Source of the DNA: a virus
Virus record (IMG/VR): IMGVR_UViG_3300035187_000563
Reading direction: 5' to 3' (one strand)
Length of the DNA stretch: 30,541 nt
Below the pieces are notes generated by a model, which did not search any database, had not been told where the DNA came from, and saw only the letters and a list, made by a program, of their open reading frames with translations. Of this stretch, positions 7,888 to 14,305 are shown one piece after another (position 1 is the first letter of the stretch; each line of letters opens with the position of its first letter). The position numbers and the translations under genes were made by a program.

Positions 7888-8225
7888 AAAACGCATTGAT
7901 TGTTTTCACGGCCCTATTCATTACGGGATATTTGTTCACAAGCGTAAACGCAAAACAAAGCCCTACAATTGACGAAATTGATGCGTTGCTAACCAAGGTA
8001 TCAAAAAACATTGAAAGTGCGGGAGAATGCACGAAAATGGCTCAAACGATGAATGCAAAGATGGTTGAATCAAAGGTTGCAGAAAAGGAAGCGTTAAAAA
8101 AGGAAGTGGCCCAGGCGGAAGCCAAGGCGGAAAAGTATGCAAACACCATGATTTTTATGGGCATTGATACAGCGGACATAGACACGGCATCCATTTCAAA
8201 CATGATTAAATTAAACGGGTTGTAA
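7884..8225 (+). CDS. Secreted or membrane coiled-coil protein (113 aa from ATG 7884)
   Basis: Its start forms an ATGA overlap with the upstream stop. It has a signal-like N-terminus (MKNALIVFTALFITGYLFTSVNA) with no lipobox Cys, followed by a Lys/Glu/Ala coiled coil. Confidence 0.5.
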   Translation: MKNALIVFTALFITGYLFTSVNAKQSPTIDEIDALLTKVSKNIESAGECTKMAQTMNAKMVESKVAEKEALKKEVAQAEAKAEKYANTMIFMGIDTADIDTASISNMIKLNGL

Positions 8226-8344
8226 TGGCAAAGGTTTCCAACACATCAACATTTCGTGCCAAGCCCAAACGCAAATTGGGAAGGCATACGAAGTCAGTTA
8301 ACAAACACAAATCATCCAAACCATATAAAGGCCAAGGCAAATGA
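8225..8344 (+). CDS. Candidate micro-ORF encoding a 39-aa extremely basic peptide
   Basis: Hand translation gives MAKVSNTSTFRAKPKRKLGRHTKSVNKHKSSKPYKGQGK, with 13 K/R and no acidic residue. It has a TAATG overlap upstream and an ATGA overlap downstream. Confidence 0.4.
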   Translation: MAKVSNTSTFRAKPKRKLGRHTKSVNKHKSSKPYKGQGK

Positions 8345-8568
8345 AAAAGATATTCGAGATTTTCAAAGGCGATAAAGGCGAATTGAGTTCCAAGCGGTTC
8401 GTGGGAATCATTGGGGCGTTCGTACTATTCGGAACGATGGCACACAATTCTATGTCACCACAAGATATTGCACCATCCAAAGAATTGGTGGAGGCGGTGG
8501 AATGGATCGTGATAATGTCATTGGGTTTTACATCAATTGATAAATTCAGCAAACAAAATGAAAATTAA
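8341..8568 (+). CDS. Putative holin (two TMDs)
   Basis: The ORF is 75 aa. It has two hydrophobic helices (FVGIIGAFVLFGTMA and AVEWIVIMSLGFTSI) and a charged C-terminus. It lies immediately upstream of the endolysin. Confidence 0.55.
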   Translation: MKKIFEIFKGDKGELSSKRFVGIIGAFVLFGTMAHNSMSPQDIAPSKELVEAVEWIVIMSLGFTSIDKFSKQNEN

Positions 8569-9193
8569 ACAAGTACCATTTCGGGCATACAATCGCGAAG
8601 CGGTGAAGAAAACCCAGGTGTATTTACACCACACGGCGGGAAACGGAAGCGGTGAACAAACCTTTGCGTATTGGGAAAAGGTAGCCAACAAGGTTTCAAC
8701 TTGTGTTGCCATCAGTACGGATGGAACAATTGTGCAAGGATTTGGAAGCGAGTATTGGGCTTATCATTTGGGATTGGGAACAAAGCATTTCCAACCTTTG
8801 GGATGTCCTTATTTGCCGTTGGACAAAACATCAATTGGAATCGAGGTGTGCAATTGGGGGCCAATCACCAAAAAGGGAACAAAGTTTTACAATTATGTGG
8901 GTGGTGAAATACCGAAAGAAGAAGTAACCGAATTGGAAAAACCATACAAGGGATACAAGTTGTGGCATTCGTACACGGATGAACAAATCGCATCCATCAA
9001 AGACCTTTTGATCCTATGGTCAACCAAATACGGCATCCCATTAGAATACAATGAAGATATTTGGGCAGTAACCAAACGAGCATTGAAGAATGAACCAGGG
9101 GTTTACACACACAATTCAGTTCGCCCCGACAAAGCGGATGTGTACCCATGCCCCAAATTAATTGCCATGTTGCAGTCACTCACAAAGGATTAA
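8537..9193 (+). CDS. Endolysin, N-acetylmuramoyl-L-alanine amidase (Amidase_2 / T7-lysozyme / PGRP type)
   Basis: The motifs YLHHTAG, SIGIEVCN and HNSVRPDKADVYPCP match the zinc amidase pattern. The alternative start is ATG 8558. Confidence 0.8.
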   Translation: MINSANKMKIKQVPFRAYNREAVKKTQVYLHHTAGNGSGEQTFAYWEKVANKVSTCVAISTDGTIVQGFGSEYWAYHLGLGTKHFQPLGCPYLPLDKTSIGIEVCNWGPITKKGTKFYNYVGGEIPKEEVTELEKPYKGYKLWHSYTDEQIASIKDLLILWSTKYGIPLEYNEDIWAVTKRALKNEPGVYTHNSVRPDKADVYPCPKLIAMLQSLTKD

Positions 9194-9208
9194 GGCCATT
9201 CACAAAGA

Positions 9209-9235
9209 AAAGGGATTTATTTCCCTTTCTTTTTT
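9209..9235 (+). terminator. Rho-independent terminator ending the long late/lysis transcription unit
   Basis: AAAGGGA (9209-9215) pairs with TCCCTTT (9222-9228) around a 6-nt loop. CTTTTTT follows. Confidence 0.7.
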
Positions 9236-9245
9236 CATCAAATGT

Positions 9246-9276
9246 TTTGGAATTTGAAATTTCAAATGTATATTCG
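9246..9276 (+). promoter_or_regulatory. Promoter-like element A (Bacteroidota sigma-A type)
   Basis: TTTG (9246-9249), then a 19-nt spacer, then TATATTCG (9269-9276). The ATG at 9286 is 9 nt downstream. It shares the 13-mer TGTATATTCGTGG with element B. Confidence 0.5.
9252..9267. promoter_or_regulatory. Perfect 16-bp palindrome ATTTGAAATTTCAAAT in the promoter A spacer (operator candidate)
   Basis: The sequence equals its own reverse complement. It sits between the -33 and -7 boxes. The half-site ATTTCAAAT recurs in promoter C at 17822-17830. Confidence 0.45.
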
Positions 9277-9285
9277 TGGAACAAT

Positions 9286-9507
9286 ATGACAAACGACATG
9301 GATTTAATCTACCTAATCATTTTAACGCCTATCACCATTGCGGTGATGTATGCGTGGCATTGTATCAAACGCAATTCCAAGCGTTTCCAAAACATCGAGG
9401 AAGCCAAGCCCTACCAATTTGAACGCGATGAAATCATCCCCGAATTTGATGAGTTCACCCAAATGTTGTACCAACGCAGAATGTACAAAGGGAGGGCCGA
9501 CAAATGA
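9286..9507 (+). CDS. Small membrane protein (73 aa)
   Basis: I chose ATG 9286 because the longer track ORF (start 9148) would cross the terminator and promoter. It has one TMD (LIYLIILTPITIAVMYAW). Confidence 0.5.
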   Translation: MTNDMDLIYLIILTPITIAVMYAWHCIKRNSKRFQNIEEAKPYQFERDEIIPEFDEFTQMLYQRRMYKGRADK

Positions 9508-9734
9508 AAATCCTTTACCCATTAAACTTTCTGTTCGCTGATGAAATGGAACAAGTGGTTGGAGTAATCCAAAAAAGCGAATACATGAGCCAATCAATCA
9601 AGGTTGTGGAAAAGCGTTATTTCAAATCCCCAGGTACGGACATTGATAGCGGTGCAATGGTTTTGGAAATTTCCGAAATTGGATTGCTTTATCACCTTGG
9701 GGTGGCGGTTGGCCTTAGCAAGATACCATTTTAA
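9504..9734 (+). CDS. Hypothetical protein (76 aa)
   Basis: Its start forms an ATGA overlap with the upstream stop. Confidence 0.45.
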   Translation: MKILYPLNFLFADEMEQVVGVIQKSEYMSQSIKVVEKRYFKSPGTDIDSGAMVLEISEIGLLYHLGVAVGLSKIPF

Positions 9735-9738
9735 TTTT

Positions 9739-9951
9739 ATGACAACATACGAAGCATTAAACGAAGTATTCAGCAAATCAAACAAAGAGTTATCCGAGTT
9801 ATTGCAAACCAATTATTACACAGTTACCACATGGAAATTTCAATTCAAGCGTAACGGGTTATCAATGGAAAAGCAATTTGAGATTCTACAAAAACTAAAT
9901 TACAACCTAACAAATCAAATATCATGGAACAAAACAAAAGAAGTGCGGTAA
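9739..9951 (+). CDS. Small Cro/XRE-like helix-turn-helix protein (70 aa)
   Basis: I chose ATG 9739, which follows the upstream stop at 9734. The segment KELSELLQTNYYTVTTWKFQFKRNGLSMEKQFEIL fits an XRE-type HTH pattern. Confidence 0.4.
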   Translation: MTTYEALNEVFSKSNKELSELLQTNYYTVTTWKFQFKRNGLSMEKQFEILQKLNYNLTNQISWNKTKEVR

Positions 9952-10403
9952 CCAATGTAACCGCCAACGGAACTTACAACGGCCAGTATGGTATGTTGTA
10001 CAAATTTCAAATTTCATTCGCTAACGGAGATGTGGCAGAGTACAACGCCAAAACCCAAAACCAAACCAAGTTTGTGGTGGGCCAGGAAGTGGATTATGTG
10101 TTAACGGATCGTGAGTACCAAGGCACAATTTATTACAAGTGTAAACCCGCCGAGGTTCAACAAGGTGGATTTTCGGGTGGTGGATTCCAAGCCCCGAAAC
10201 CCAAGGATCCCGACACGGGCAAACACATCATGAGAATGAGCGTGTTAAAAGTTGCGGGGGATTTAGCCATCAATGGCGACATCAAGTTGCACGAGGTATT
10301 GGCATACGCCCAAATCTTTGAACAATATGTTTTGACTGGTTCGGATACATTGAGCCAATTGAAACCCACATCAAAGTTTGAAAGTGACGATTTACCTTTT
10401 TAA
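9924..10403 (+). CDS. SSB-like protein with a canonical acidic C-terminal tip (…FESDDLPF)
   Basis: It has a strand-rich N-terminal domain, a Gly-rich linker (QQGGFSGGGFQAPKPK) and a terminal DDLPF (10386-10400). That ending is identical in form to bacterial SSB C-terminal tips. Confidence 0.6.
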   Translation: MEQNKRSAVTNVTANGTYNGQYGMLYKFQISFANGDVAEYNAKTQNQTKFVVGQEVDYVLTDREYQGTIYYKCKPAEVQQGGFSGGGFQAPKPKDPDTGKHIMRMSVLKVAGDLAINGDIKLHEVLAYAQIFEQYVLTGSDTLSQLKPTSKFESDDLPF

Positions 10404-10412
10404 CAAATAGAT

Positions 10413-10751
10413 ATGACACAACAACAATTATTTGGCCAATTCACAGAGGAGGAGTTGGCCACATTGAAACAAGCATCGGAGATTTTGAACCGATTGTTTC
10501 AAGGACACAAACCCAAACAAACCCGTGGTTGGAGGGTACGCCAAGCAACCCGTGATTTCATGGAAGATGTACAAAGATTCTATGGCAAAGAATGGGTGTA
10601 TCGTTACGATGAAGAATTCATCAAGATCCAGGCAAGGCATCAAGTAACCGAGTTATCAAATTGGTTGAAGATGTACGAAAAGGGTGGTTTCATTGATGTG
10701 GTTCGCGTTCAAAACACAAACCGAAACATCGTTAAATTTAGATTCGTATGA
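10413..10751 (+). CDS. Hypothetical protein (112 aa)
   Basis: Operon orientation, with its stop overlapping the next gene's start (ATGA). Confidence 0.5.
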   Translation: MTQQQLFGQFTEEELATLKQASEILNRLFQGHKPKQTRGWRVRQATRDFMEDVQRFYGKEWVYRYDEEFIKIQARHQVTELSNWLKMYEKGGFIDVVRVQNTNRNIVKFRFV

Positions 10752-11152
10752 AACACATGATTGAAACATTGAGCGATGCAATGTTGGAAGTTGGGGGCGG
10801 TAATTATTGCCCCCTTCAATTCCACATCGAGTTAAAAGAATTGGCAGATACCATCAAGAACTTCCAAGACCAAATCAAACCATTGGCATTGAACGAAGCA
10901 TCCAAATGGAATGGGCAAGTGTATTGTGGTTATGAGATTACACGAAAAGCGGGTGCGGGGCGTTATTCATACGACCACATCCCCCAGGTGGTGGAACTCA
11001 AAAACGCATTAAAGGAACGCGAGAAACTGCACCAAATGGCGTACAAGAACATGAACAAAGGATTGTTCCTAAACGAGCAAACGGGCGAGGTGTACGAACC
11101 CGCACAGTATGTTTCCAACGAAGATTCAATTTTAATCAAAGCCGTAAAATGA
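10748..11152 (+). CDS. Hypothetical protein (134 aa)
   Basis: ATGA overlaps at both ends. Confidence 0.5.
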   Translation: MKHMIETLSDAMLEVGGGNYCPLQFHIELKELADTIKNFQDQIKPLALNEASKWNGQVYCGYEITRKAGAGRYSYDHIPQVVELKNALKEREKLHQMAYKNMNKGLFLNEQTGEVYEPAQYVSNEDSILIKAVK

Positions 11153-11337
11153 AAAACATCCTAATCGTATTTACTACAATCGTTCTGGGATTGGCATACG
11201 GGTATTGCATTGTGCATTATCCAATCATGGCCCAAATCATCGCGGGTGGAATGGGGTTAGGATTTTTATTTGTGGCGATGATAGCGTTGTACCAACTTAA
11301 AAAGGAAGGGGGCAATGACGCCCCCCAATCCAATTGA
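11149..11337 (+). CDS. Small two-TMD membrane protein (62 aa)
   Basis: It has two hydrophobic helices (ILIVFTTIVLGLAYGYCIV and IIAGGMGLGFLFVAMIALY). Confidence 0.5.
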   Translation: MKNILIVFTTIVLGLAYGYCIVHYPIMAQIIAGGMGLGFLFVAMIALYQLKKEGGNDAPQSN

Positions 11338-11359
11338 TATGACAAATAACAAAAAGGAC

Positions 11360-11390
11360 TTTGCAAATATAGTTGTTTTTTGTATATTCG
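11360..11390 (+). promoter_or_regulatory. Promoter-like element B
   Basis: TTTG (11360-11363), then a 19-nt spacer, then TATATTCG (11383-11390). It lies in a 154-bp intergenic gap. The -33 box is part of the palindrome TTTGCAAA. Confidence 0.5.
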
Positions 11391-11491
11391 TGGTGTATTA
11401 CAGTTATGTCGCAGATAACTTTGAAAAATCTTTACAACCCCATTCAGTTTTTGGCACTGCGACCGCCATCAATTGTTTGGGGTTTTAATTT

Positions 11492-12148
11492 ATGTCAAAA
11501 GATCCAGCATTTTTATTTTATTCAAGTGACTTCCTAACGGGCACGATGTTCATGGACAATGAGCAAGTTGGCAAATTCATACGATTAATGTGCGCCCAAC
11601 ACCAAAAAGGTAGGTTGAGCGAAAAAGATATGTTAAAGATATGTGGCACACATGATGCAGATATCTTTGAAAAGTTTGAACGCGATGAGGCGGGGAACTA
11701 TTTTAATCCCAGGTTGGAACAAGAAGTTGATAAGCGTAAAGCGTATTCCGAATCAAGAAGGAATAATAGGAAAAAGAAAGAAGATATGTTAATCACATCA
11801 AAAACATATGTTTTACATATGGAAAATGAAAATGAAAATGAAATTGAAATTGTAAATGAGAAAGTAGATAATAATTTAATCAAAGAACAATTTGAACAAG
11901 TTTGGATTGCATACACAAAGGTTGGCCCAAAGAAAGTTGCATACGAGCGATTTAAGCGATTAACTGAAACCAATCGGTTGCATATTATCAACCATGTACC
12001 AAATTACATACAAAGCCACCGCAAGGCCGAAAAAATGGATTTTATCCCACATTTCGCAACTTACATTTCACAAGAACGATGGAACGATGAACTACCTTAT
12101 CAACAGAGTGTGGAAAATAAGGGAAGTTGGTTGGATCAATTTAGATAA
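11492..12148 (+). CDS. Replisome organiser / replication initiation protein (DUF1376/YdaU-like N-terminal domain)
   Basis: The N-terminal pattern PAFLFYSSDFLTGTMFMDNEQVGKFIRLMCAQ matches the DUF1376 signature. The C-terminal pattern is FEQVWIAYTK...HFATYISQERW. A low-complexity ENENENEIEI linker joins the two domains. Confidence 0.65.
   Translation: MSKDPAFLFYSSDFLTGTMFMDNEQVGKFIRLMCAQHQKGRLSEKDMLKICGTHDADIFEKFERDEAGNYFNPRLEQEVDKRKAYSESRRNNRKKKEDMLITSKTYVLHMENENENEIEIVNEKVDNNLIKEQFEQVWIAYTKVGPKKVAYERFKRLTETNRLHIINHVPNYIQSHRKAEKMDFIPHFATYISQERWNDELPYQQSVENKGSWLDQFR
11801..11851. repeat. 14-bp perfect palindrome plus five tandem hexamers inside the organiser gene
   Basis: AAAACATATGTTTT (11801-11814) is self-complementary. 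GAAAAT x3 and GAAATT x2 run tandemly from 11822 to 11851. An A/T-rich stretch follows. Confidence 0.8.
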
Positions 12149-12160
12149 TATATTTACACC

Positions 12161-12859
12161 ATGACAAATAAACAATGGGTTTACGACCTAACGGACATTG
12201 AAATTGCCACCGCCATTGACAAATTGGTTCGGGTGGGCGATATTGAACCAAACGAAGCCATGAAAGAAATCGTGGATTTGCTTAAACAAACTTATTCCCG
12301 TTATCACTTCCTTTTATTTGAAAAGGCATTTGATGCGTATTTGATTGGTTCGATGTCGGACATTCACCGCGTTAAAAAAATCAACGCAGTATTTCTCACA
12401 AACATCATCAATCGGTTTATCAAGGATGTGAAAGTACCCAGATACAACCCGTTTGAAAAAGCCCCCGCGGAGGTGGTGTACACCGATGAAGAAGTTTACC
12501 AACAAGGCATCACCACATTGAAGCATTTGAAAAACGATTTTATCAAGGCATATTGGGAACACGATGCCGATTCACGATTATCGTTGGTATTGCTGAAAAT
12601 CGGTTATGACTTTGTAACCAAACATAAAATGTACGAAGCGGATTTGGTGGAATACGATACCATGAAACAATGGTTGTACGATTTTGAACAGCGCAAAAAC
12701 GCACACATAAAACGAAACATTGAAAACGAAAACAAACACCGCCAGGTGGGAAGCATCGTGGATCATTTGATGTCATCCCCAACGGCAATTGAAACATTGG
12801 ACAAAGCCACAAAAATGGCGTTAATCTTAAAATCAAAGACAAATGAAAATGGACATTAA
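12161..12859 (+). CDS. Hypothetical protein (232 aa). Its position is analogous to a helicase-loader partner of the organiser.
   Basis: Only synteny supports this (it is the gene immediately after the initiator). I saw no NTPase motif. Confidence 0.5.
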   Translation: MTNKQWVYDLTDIEIATAIDKLVRVGDIEPNEAMKEIVDLLKQTYSRYHFLLFEKAFDAYLIGSMSDIHRVKKINAVFLTNIINRFIKDVKVPRYNPFEKAPAEVVYTDEEVYQQGITTLKHLKNDFIKAYWEHDADSRLSLVLLKIGYDFVTKHKMYEADLVEYDTMKQWLYDFEQRKNAHIKRNIENENKHRQVGSIVDHLMSSPTAIETLDKATKMALILKSKTNENGH

Positions 12860-13151
12860 AAAAACGGTGATTGAGTTGTTAACTCAATACTCCGACTTCA
12901 AAGACAACGACCAACAATTGGTGGCGTGGTTCTGGAAACTTGAAATGGAAGCCCACGGCTATCCCGCATCAAGCACCCAAACACAAACATTCTTTAAACT
13001 GATGGCATTTGGTAAACTAACATCCGCCGACACCATCACACGGGTTCGGAGGTTGGTGCAAGAAGAAACACCCGAATTGCGTGGCAAGAAGTACAACGAA
13101 CGCCAGGCCAAACAAGAACAAGTTAAAAAGGATTTAGGGTATGGCCAATAA
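12843..13151 (+). CDS. Hypothetical protein (102 aa)
   Basis: Operon orientation. It contains the motif TITRVRRLVQEETPELRG, which I recall seeing in small phage proteins of unknown function. Confidence 0.5.
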   Translation: MKMDIKKTVIELLTQYSDFKDNDQQLVAWFWKLEMEAHGYPASSTQTQTFFKLMAFGKLTSADTITRVRRLVQEETPELRGKKYNERQAKQEQVKKDLGYGQ

Positions 13152-13176
13152 ACAACAAACGGCAGTTGAGTGGTTA
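13141..13176. repeat. Diverged copy of the 39-bp gene-start repeat
   Basis: ATGGCCAATAAACAACAAACGGCAGTTGAGTGGTTA shares AATAAACAACAAACGGCAGT.GAGTGGTT with the copies at 13301 and 13522. Confidence 0.8.
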
Positions 13177-13293
13177 TTCAATGAATTTCAAATGATTAAT
13201 AGTAAATATCGTTTTGAAAGTATTGAATATTTTAAGGCAAGACAAGAGGCATTTGAAATAGCCATCAAGATGTACAATGAAACAGACAAATGA
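13141..13293 (+). CDS. Small paralog 1 of the TAVEWL family (50 aa)
   Basis: Hand translation gives MANKQQTAVEWLFNEF...ARQEAFEIAIKMYNETDK. The ORF falls below the track size cutoff. Confidence 0.45.
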   Translation: MANKQQTAVEWLFNEFQMINSKYRFESIEYFKARQEAFEIAIKMYNETDK

Positions 13294-13300
13294 AAAAACT

Positions 13301-13339
13301 ATGACAAACAATAAACAACAAACGGCAGTGGAGTGGTTG
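13301..13339. repeat. 39-bp gene-start repeat, copy 2
   Basis: ATGACAAACAATAAACAACAAACGGCAGTGGAGTGGTTG matches the copy at 13522..13560 at 38 of 39 positions. Confidence 0.9.
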
Positions 13340-13525
13340 TGGGAAATTGCATATAATCAAGAATTAACCGTTGAAGATTGGAAACAAGCCAAAGAAATGG
13401 AGAAGGAAAGAATTGAAACTGCATACAACAAAGGAACAGTTCATGGAATTGATTATCCTGAAAGTACATTACCAATAACTGGTGAACAATACTACAACGA
13501 AACCTACGGAGGAGGTGAGCAATGA
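13301..13525 (+). CDS. Small paralog 2 of the TAVEWL family (74 aa from ATG 13301)
   Basis: MTNNKQQTAVEWLWEIA...QAKEMEKERIETAYNKG. I chose the start by homology with paralog 3. The track start is 13277. Confidence 0.55.
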   Translation: MTNNKQQTAVEWLWEIAYNQELTVEDWKQAKEMEKERIETAYNKGTVHGIDYPESTLPITGEQYYNETYGGGEQ

Positions 13526-13560
13526 CAAACAATAAACAACAAACGGCAGTGGAATGGTTG
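13522..13560. repeat. 39-bp gene-start repeat, copy 3
   Basis: It differs from 13301..13339 by one base (GAG to GAA). Confidence 0.9.
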
Positions 13561-13770
13561 GCAGAACAAATGGAAATTTTACATTATGATTATTGGGCTG
13601 AACATATATCAAAAGATGAAAAAAATCAAAGGTTAAAGCAATTAAAAGAACAAGCCAAAGAAATGGAAGTTGCGGGAAGGGAAATGAGTTACGATGAAGG
13701 TTATGCCGAAGGTTACAAACGAGCATTGGAATTGATTGAATGGAAAATACAACAAGTAAAAACGAAATGA
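13522..13770 (+). CDS. Small paralog 3 of the TAVEWL family (82 aa)
   Basis: MTNNKQQTAVEWLAEQ...EQAKEMEVAGREMSYDEGYAEGY. Confidence 0.55.
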   Translation: MTNNKQQTAVEWLAEQMEILHYDYWAEHISKDEKNQRLKQLKEQAKEMEVAGREMSYDEGYAEGYKRALELIEWKIQQVKTK

Positions 13771-13955
13771 ACAAATACGACACCATGAAAACCGCATTAG
13801 AACAATTCATCGAATGGTTGGAACAAAACCACCCAACGGCCGTGCCACCACCAGAAACCAAAGAACATTTTTTTATGAAAGAAAAGATTGACCAACAAAT
13901 GGCGTACAACGCTGGATTCACAAAAGCCAAAACAATTTATTTGGATGGAGAATGA
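13767..13955 (+). CDS. Small paralog 4, a diverged member of the TAVEWL family (62 aa from ATG 13767)
   Basis: ATGA overlap upstream. ALEQFIEWLEQ...MKEKIDQQMAYNAGF shows the same two-motif layout as the other three. Confidence 0.5.
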   Translation: MNKYDTMKTALEQFIEWLEQNHPTAVPPPETKEHFFMKEKIDQQMAYNAGFTKAKTIYLDGE

Positions 13956-14305
13956 AGCACCTTGAAAGCCGTTTACAAATCAACTGCGTTAAGTGGTTTC
14001 GGTTGGCACATCGCCAATATGCAAACCATTTGATTCATGTTCCCAACGGAGGATCACGGGATTTGCGAACGGCCCAAAGGTTAAAAGCCGAGGGAGTATT
14101 GCCAGGGGTGGCCGACCTTGTGTTATTCATCCCCACACAAACACACCACGGGTTATTCATCGAACTCAAAGTCAAACCAAACAAACAATCAGTACATCAA
14201 AAAGAATGGGAAAAATTGGTTACCGCGATGAATTATCATTATGTGGTGGTATATTCGTTTGAGGATTTCAAATTACAAATCGAAGCATACATTGGTAACA
14301 CTTGA
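13952..14305 (+). CDS. VRR-NUC domain nuclease (PD-(D/E)xK)
   Basis: ESRLQINCVKWFR...HVPNGGSR...AQRLKAEGVLPGVADLVLF...GLFIELKVKPNKQSVHQKEW matches the VRR-NUC pattern, including D...ELK. Confidence 0.8.
   Translation: MKHLESRLQINCVKWFRLAHRQYANHLIHVPNGGSRDLRTAQRLKAEGVLPGVADLVLFIPTQTHHGLFIELKVKPNKQSVHQKEWEKLVTAMNYHYVVVYSFEDFKLQIEAYIGNT

Noticed and set aside
9148-9507. Longer versions of track ORFs that start upstream of regulatory elements: 9148 (ATG), 17818 (TTG), 20605 (TTG), 21101 (TTG), 9604, 15646, 15392 and 26641.
   Set aside because: These extensions run through the preceding gene, a terminator or a promoter-like element. Internal ATGs that give ATGA/TAATG coupling, or that sit just after the -7 box, are more parsimonious.
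11308-11325. A GC-rich hairpin, GGGGGC (6-nt loop) GCCCCC, at the end of ORF 11149..11337, considered as a terminator for the first early unit.
   Set aside because: No U-tract follows it (the sequence continues CAATCCAATTGA), and it lies inside coding sequence (…EGGNDAPQ…). It may pause transcription, but I cannot support it as an intrinsic terminator.
13141-13560. Repeated ~39-bp elements at 13141, 13301 and 13522, considered as a possible CRISPR-like or iteron array.
   Set aside because: The spacing is irregular (160 and 221 bp). The repeats coincide with the start codons and conserved N-termini of paralogous ORFs, and no other array features are present. I interpret them as gene duplication, not as a CRISPR array.
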